DNA from: an uncultured Alphaproteobacteria bacterium | Lineage (GTDB): Bacteria > Pseudomonadota > Alphaproteobacteria > HIMB59 > GCA-002718135 | Assembly: GCA_902593125.1 (NCBI GenBank) | Contig: CACJGU010000006.1 | Coordinates: 3,662 to 67,661 of the forward strand | Direction of reading: 5' to 3' | Length of the DNA: 64,000 nt | Shown here: positions 59,260 through 64,000 of the stretch, one piece after another | Layout: every line of letters starts with the position of its first letter | How positions within the stretch are numbered: position 1 is the first letter of the stretch | Notes under the pieces: generated by a model | Databases searched by the model: none | Seen by the model: the letters and a program-made list of their open reading frames with translations, nothing else | Told to the model about the DNA's origin: nothing | Translations under genes and position numbers: made by a program

Positions 59260-59820
59260 ATGTTTTTAATTTGTGGACTTGGGAACCCAGGTGTAAGTTA
59301 CAAAAATACCAGACATAATGTTGGTTTTCATTTAGCAGATAATATAATTTCTCATTTAAATTTAGATAAAATTAAAGAAGATAAAATAAAAGAATTGTAT
59401 TCAGGCTTAATTAATAACCAAAAACTTTTTGTATTAAAACCACTTACATTCATGAATTTATCTGGAAAAGCAGTTTCTCAGATTGTCAATTTTTATAAAA
59501 TAAAGTTAGAAAATACTTTTGTTATCCATGATGATCTTGACTTAGAATTATCGAAAGTAAAAATAAAGCAAGGTGGAGGAAATGGTGGTCATAATGGATT
59601 AGAAAGTATTGACCAATATGTAGGAGAAAACTATTTTAGAATACGTATTGGAATTGATCATCCAGGACATAAAGATCTGGTTTCAAGTTATGTTTTAAAT
59701 AAATTTTTAAAAAAAGAAGAGCAAATAATTAATAAAAAAATCGACAAGATGGTAAATAATATAGAATTAATATTTTCCGATATTCCTCTATTCTTAACAA
59801 AAATAAGCGAACAAAGTTAA
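59260..59820 (+). CDS. pth: Peptidyl-tRNA hydrolase
   Basis: GLGNPG, TRHNVGF, KPLTFMNLSG, HDDLD, GGHNGL. Confidence 0.95.
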   Translation: MFLICGLGNPGVSYKNTRHNVGFHLADNIISHLNLDKIKEDKIKELYSGLINNQKLFVLKPLTFMNLSGKAVSQIVNFYKIKLENTFVIHDDLDLELSKVKIKQGGGNGGHNGLESIDQYVGENYFRIRIGIDHPGHKDLVSSYVLNKFLKKEEQIINKKIDKMVNNIELIFSDIPLFLTKISEQS

Positions 59821-59821
59821 T

Positions 59822-60922
59822 ATGGGATTTAAATGTGGAATAGTTGGATTGCCTAATGTTGGAAAATCAACGTTATTTAATGCTCTAACGCAGTCAAGTA
59901 ATGCAGAGGCAGCAAATTATCCATTTGCTACTATTGAACCAAATATAGGAAGAGTTGCAGTACCTGATGATAGATTAGATAAACTAGCAATAATTGGAAA
60001 AAGTGAAAAAATTATTCCATCCTTTATGGATTTTGTTGATATTGCAGGATTAGTAAAAGGAGCCTCACAGGGTGAGGGGTTAGGAAATAAATTTTTAGGA
60101 CATGTAAGAGAAGTTGATGCAATTGCTCATGTTGTTAGATGTTTTGAAGATACTAATATTACCCATGTATCATCTAAAATTGATCCAATAGATGACATTG
60201 AAACAGTAAATTTGGAATTACAGTTGGCTGATCTTGAAAGTTTAAATAATAAAAAAACAAGTTTAGAAAAAAAATTAAAAGCAAACGATAAAGAATCAAA
60301 AAATCAATTTGAAATTATAAATAAAATCTTAAAGACTCTAGATAATAACAATGTTTTAGAAATGAATGAGTTTGCTAGTAACGAAATAGAATTTGTAAAT
60401 AGCCTTAACTTAATTAGTCTAAAGCCTACAATGTATGTATGTAATGTAGATGAAGAGTCTATTCATAATGGAAACGAATTATCAAAAAATGTTATCGAGT
60501 TTGCCAAAAAAAATAATCATTCTGTAGTTTTAATCTCTGCATCAATAGAAGCACAAATAGCGGAATTAGATAATGAGGGAGAAAAACTTGAATTTCTAAA
60601 AGAACTTAATTTAGATGAAACAACATTGAATAAAGTTATAAAATCAGGATATGAACTTTTAGATTTGATTAACTATTTTACATGTGGTCCAAAAGAAACA
60701 AGATCATGGACGATAAAAAAAGAAACTCTTGCACCACAAGCTGCTGGAAAAATTCACACTGATTTTGAAAAAGGATTTATTAGAGCAGAGACTGTCTCTT
60801 ATGAAGACTATATAGAAAATAATGGTGATGCTGGAAGTAGAGATTCAGGAAAGCTTAGACAAGAAGGTAAAGATTATATCGTTAAAGATGGTGATGTAAT
60901 GAACTTTTTATTTAATGTCTAA
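59822..60922 (+). CDS. ychF: Redox-regulated ATPase YchF
   Basis: GIVGLPNVGKST, NYPFATIEPN, DIAGLV, IHTDFEKGFIRAE. Confidence 0.96.
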   Translation: MGFKCGIVGLPNVGKSTLFNALTQSSNAEAANYPFATIEPNIGRVAVPDDRLDKLAIIGKSEKIIPSFMDFVDIAGLVKGASQGEGLGNKFLGHVREVDAIAHVVRCFEDTNITHVSSKIDPIDDIETVNLELQLADLESLNNKKTSLEKKLKANDKESKNQFEIINKILKTLDNNNVLEMNEFASNEIEFVNSLNLISLKPTMYVCNVDEESIHNGNELSKNVIEFAKKNNHSVVLISASIEAQIAELDNEGEKLEFLKELNLDETTLNKVIKSGYELLDLINYFTCGPKETRSWTIKKETLAPQAAGKIHTDFEKGFIRAETVSYEDYIENNGDAGSRDSGKLRQEGKDYIVKDGDVMNFLFNV

Positions 60923-61668
60923 GTAACGTCACGCCAGAGTCTATTCTTTGCTAAATAAACAATTGTTCCAAGTATAATAAAAAATAAAATTACTTTAATT
61001 CCTAAATTTTTTCTTTCTTCCATTTCTGGTTCAGCAGCCCAGTGAAGAAAATGTGTTACATCAGCCGATAACTGTTCTGCATTATTATCAGTGCCATCAT
61101 CATAATCTACACTTCCATCGGCTATAGGTGCTGGCATAGCTATTTGATTTCCAGCCATCCATTTATTGTACCACATTCCATTACCAACCTCCATTCCCTT
61201 TGGAGGTTCAACATAACCTAGAAGAAGGTTATAAATATAATCAACCCCATATTTTCTAGCTTTTGTAATTACACTCAAATCTGGAGGATAAGCTCCATTA
61301 TTATTTGCTCTTGCCTCGTTATCATTAGTATATGGATTGACAAATCTGTCTGCTGGTCTGGCCGGTCTTTCAAACATTTCACCATCATCATTTGGACCAT
61401 CTAATACAGTATATTCAGAAGCAATTACTTTTACTTGAGCCTCGGAAAAACCAACATCAATAAGATCTCTGTAATACAGAAGTTTCATTGAATGACATCC
61501 TGCACATACTTCTCTATAAACTTTATAGCCCCTTTGAATTGCAGCTCTATCAAAAGTTCCCGTTACACCTTTAAAAGACCAATCATGTTTTGGCATTTTT
61601 TCGGTACTCATTTCTGCAGCAAATAAATTTGAAGAGAATAATAAAAAAATAATAAGTAATAGGCGCAT
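60919..61668 (-). CDS. petC: Cytochrome c1
   Basis: QRGYKVYREVCAGCH, PPDLS, IAMP, WAAEP. Confidence 0.95.
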   Translation of the reverse strand: MRLLLIIFLLFSSNLFAAEMSTEKMPKHDWSFKGVTGTFDRAAIQRGYKVYREVCAGCHSMKLLYYRDLIDVGFSEAQVKVIASEYTVLDGPNDDGEMFERPARPADRFVNPYTNDNEARANNNGAYPPDLSVITKARKYGVDYIYNLLLGYVEPPKGMEVGNGMWYNKWMAGNQIAMPAPIADGSVDYDDGTDNNAEQLSADVTHFLHWAAEPEMEERKNLGIKVILFFIILGTIVYLAKNRLWRDVT

Positions 61669-62960
61669 TATAGATTTGTATCTTTTTGCATTGCTGGTGA
61701 AGGAATTCCTTTTTCTCCTCCACCAATATTAGGAGCTATATTTTTAGCATAAACATCACTAATACTGAGCGGTAGCTTACTTGGCTTCTCTATCCAACCA
61801 ACAAAAGGTGTAATGATAAAGAAAAAACCAAAGTAGTAAAGTAAACCTACTCTAGCAATTAAAAGATATAAACCTTCGGCAGGAAGCATACCAACGTATC
61901 CTAATGCAAAGAAGTTAACAAAAAAGCCCATCATAAACCACTTATATATTGGTCTATAATTACAGCTTCTCACTTTCGATCTATCAAGCCAAGGTAGAAC
62001 AAAAAGAATTACTATCGCACCAAACATTAGAAGAACCCCTCCTAATTTATCAGGTACTGCTCTTAAAATTGCATAAAAAGGTGCAAGATACCAGTTTGGA
62101 ACAATGTGAGCTGGAGTAACAAGTGGATCTGCTGGAATATAATTATCAACTTCAGCCATAAGATTTGGTCCGAAGAATATTACTGCAGAAATAGCAACAC
62201 CAAAAGCACACATAGCTACTGTATCTTTAATTAACATATATGGAAAAAAGTTTACTGAGTCATTTTTAGTTTTAATATCAATCCCATCAGGATTATTTGA
62301 ACCATGGACATGAACTGCAGCAACATGTAATCCTACAACACCAAAAATAACAAATGGTAAAACATAATGAAGAGCAAAGAAACGGTTTAAAGTAGCATTT
62401 CCAACATTGTAATCACCAAGGAGCCATGTCTTTAATCCCTCACCAATAAATGGAATTGCACTAAATAAATTTGTTATAACTGTAGCTCCCCAATAAGACA
62501 TTTGTCCCCACGGTAATGTGTAACCAAGAAAAGAAGTTGCCATCATTAATAAAAATATGAATACACCTAAGATCCAATTAAGTTCTCTTGGATATTTGTA
62601 AGAACCAAAATACATTGCTCTTACTATATGAATGTAAACTATGATGAAGAAAAAGGCTGCACCATTGGAATGGATGTATCGCATTAACCAACCGTAATTG
62701 ACGTCTCGCATTATTCTTTCAACACTATCAAATGCCATATCAGTATGTGGTGTGTAATTCATTGCAAGAAAAATTCCACTTACTATCATTGTAACAAGCG
62801 TAATTGTTGCTAATGCACCAAAACTCCAAAAATAATTACAATTTTTAGGCATTGGATAATCACCGTATTCTTTTTTGAAGTAAGAGATTATTGGTAAACG
62901 AAACTCTATCCAATTAAGGACAGGATTTTTAAACTGATGTATTTTTCTATTCTTATCCAT
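61668..62960 (-). CDS. petB: Cytochrome b
   Basis: GWLMRYIHSNGA, PWGQMSYWG, RFFALHY, HIVPNWY (PEWY variant). Confidence 0.96.
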   Translation of the reverse strand: MDKNRKIHQFKNPVLNWIEFRLPIISYFKKEYGDYPMPKNCNYFWSFGALATITLVTMIVSGIFLAMNYTPHTDMAFDSVERIMRDVNYGWLMRYIHSNGAAFFFIIVYIHIVRAMYFGSYKYPRELNWILGVFIFLLMMATSFLGYTLPWGQMSYWGATVITNLFSAIPFIGEGLKTWLLGDYNVGNATLNRFFALHYVLPFVIFGVVGLHVAAVHVHGSNNPDGIDIKTKNDSVNFFPYMLIKDTVAMCAFGVAISAVIFFGPNLMAEVDNYIPADPLVTPAHIVPNWYLAPFYAILRAVPDKLGGVLLMFGAIVILFVLPWLDRSKVRSCNYRPIYKWFMMGFFVNFFALGYVGMLPAEGLYLLIARVGLLYYFGFFFIITPFVGWIEKPSKLPLSISDVYAKNIAPNIGGGEKGIPSPAMQKDTNL

Positions 62961-62961
62961 C

Positions 62962-63489
62962 TTATCCTATCTTTATAGTATTATCATTTAAAAAGGTATA
63001 GGGCGGAACGTCCAAGTTTTTTGGAGCTGGTCCCTTTCTTATCCTACCTGATGTATCGTAATGTGAACCATGACATGGGCAGTACCAACCATCGTACTCA
63101 CCTTTCATATCAGAAACCTTCTGACCAAGTGGAACACAACCTAAGTGTGTACATACTCCCACTAAAACTAACCATTCTTCTTTTTGTACTCTATCTGCAT
63201 CATCTTGTGGATCTCTTAAGTCAGAGGCTTGAACCATTTTAGCTGCATCAATCTCATCTTTTGTTCTTTTTTTAATGAAAACAGGTTTTCCACGCCACTT
63301 TATTGTTATACTTTGACCTTCTTCAATAGCACTAATATCTACTTCGGTTGATCCTGCAGCTAATGTGTCTTCTGCTGGACTCATACTTTTTAGAAAAGGC
63401 CATATAAAAGCAGCTGTTCCAACAGCACCAAGCGTTACAGTGCTAAGTTGTAGGAAATCTCTTCTCTTATTTTTGGGTTTTTTAGCCAT
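62962..63489 (-). CDS. petA: Rieske iron-sulfur subunit
   Basis: Tat RRDFL, CTHLGC, CPCHGS. Confidence 0.96.
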   Translation of the reverse strand: MAKKPKNKRRDFLQLSTVTLGAVGTAAFIWPFLKSMSPAEDTLAAGSTEVDISAIEEGQSITIKWRGKPVFIKKRTKDEIDAAKMVQASDLRDPQDDADRVQKEEWLVLVGVCTHLGCVPLGQKVSDMKGEYDGWYCPCHGSHYDTSGRIRKGPAPKNLDVPPYTFLNDNTIKIG

Positions 63490-63539
63490 TTATAATGAAT
63501 TCTTATATCTTAATTAATCAAAAAAATACTTTATAAATA

Positions 63540-63556
63540 TGTGCCAGCATGACGCA
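63540..63556 (-). promoter_or_regulatory. Candidate RegA/PrrA (RegR) box upstream of petABC
   Basis: Minus strand TGCGTC-ATGCT-GGCACA resembles TGCGRC-N5-GNCGCA; the only GC-rich patch in an AT-rich spacer. Confidence 0.55.
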
Positions 63557-63583
63557 AGTAATAAAATAATATAATAAAAAACT

Positions 63584-64000
63584 GTGAGAATAGCACTCTT
63601 TGAACCTGATATACCACAAAATACTGGAAACATATTTAGACTAGGTGCCTGTCTTGGAATACCAGTAGATATAATAGAGCCAGCTGGCTTTGTGATTGAT
63701 GATAAGAGACTAAAAAGAGCATCAATGGATTACTATGATTATCTAGAATTAAAAAAACATTTAAGTTGGGAAAAATTTTATGAGTGGTCAAAAGATAATT
63801 CATATCGACTCGTTCTTCTAACAACAAAAAGTAAAAAAAGTTATTTCGATTATAAATTTCAATCAAATGATATTATTTTATTTGGCAGAGAAAGTGCGGG
63901 GGCACCTAATTACGTCCATAGCTCCGTCGACGAAAGATTAACAATACCAATGATAAAAGGGCCTAGATCGATTAATCTTAGTAGTTCAGTTGCAATAGTA
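63584..64000 (+). CDS. trmL: tRNA (cytidine(34)-2'-O)-methyltransferase, truncated by window end; absent from ORF track
   Basis: GTG 63584: MRIALFEPDIPQNTGNIFRL...KRASMDY...LLFGRESAG...IPM..GPRSINLS. Confidence 0.92.
   Translation, partial: MRIALFEPDIPQNTGNIFRLGACLGIPVDIIEPAGFVIDDKRLKRASMDYYDYLELKKHLSWEKFYEWSKDNSYRLVLLTTKSKKSYFDYKFQSNDIILFGRESAGAPNYVHSSVDERLTIPMIKGPRSINLSSSVAIV

Noticed and set aside
63636-63866. 76-aa minus-strand ORF, and the other 60-146 aa ORFs nested in or antisense to longer genes
   Set aside because: Shadow ORFs of well-supported genes (here trmL); no recognisable motifs
1-64000. CRISPR arrays, tRNA, rRNA, riboswitches
   Set aside because: Intergenic spacers are mostly under 160 bp and AT-rich; no repeat-spacer periodicity or recognisable structured RNA seen by eye (an Infernal/Rfam scan would be needed to exclude small riboswitches)

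Overview
AT-rich, gene-dense alphaproteobacterial chromosome segment with very short intergenic spacers, resembling SAR11/Pelagibacterales (inferred from composition and gene content only). Housekeeping blocks lie at both ends. Left: hemC-like, cytochrome b561, hemA, a MotA/MotB-like pair, cfa, a short GcrA-like protein, msrA and nudF. Right: uvrC-pgsA-moaDE, ilvE, MarR-OmpR-EnvZ, proC, lgt, prs, rplY, pth, ychF, petABC and trmL. Between them (about 11.5-45.7 kb) is an organosulfur/amine catabolic region with comDE, xsc, pta, ald plus a class III aminotransferase, two ABC importers, two MetE-like proteins, and cysQ next to an APS-kinase-like and a nucleotidyltransferase-like gene. The best candidate for an undescribed system is a 14-kb sub-cluster (27.3-41.4 kb). 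It holds five SnoaL/NTF2 'ester cyclase' proteins, a bicupin, a MetE-like Zn thiol transferase, a HisD/HpsN-family dehydrogenase, an SDR, a HAD-fold protein lacking its catalytic Asp, a sugar-type ABC importer and a LacI regulator. All three of its divergent promoter regions carry the same palindrome, TATTCA-N6-TGAATA. I saw no rRNA, tRNA, CRISPR array, integrase or transposase. All functional calls come from motif recognition, not database searches.
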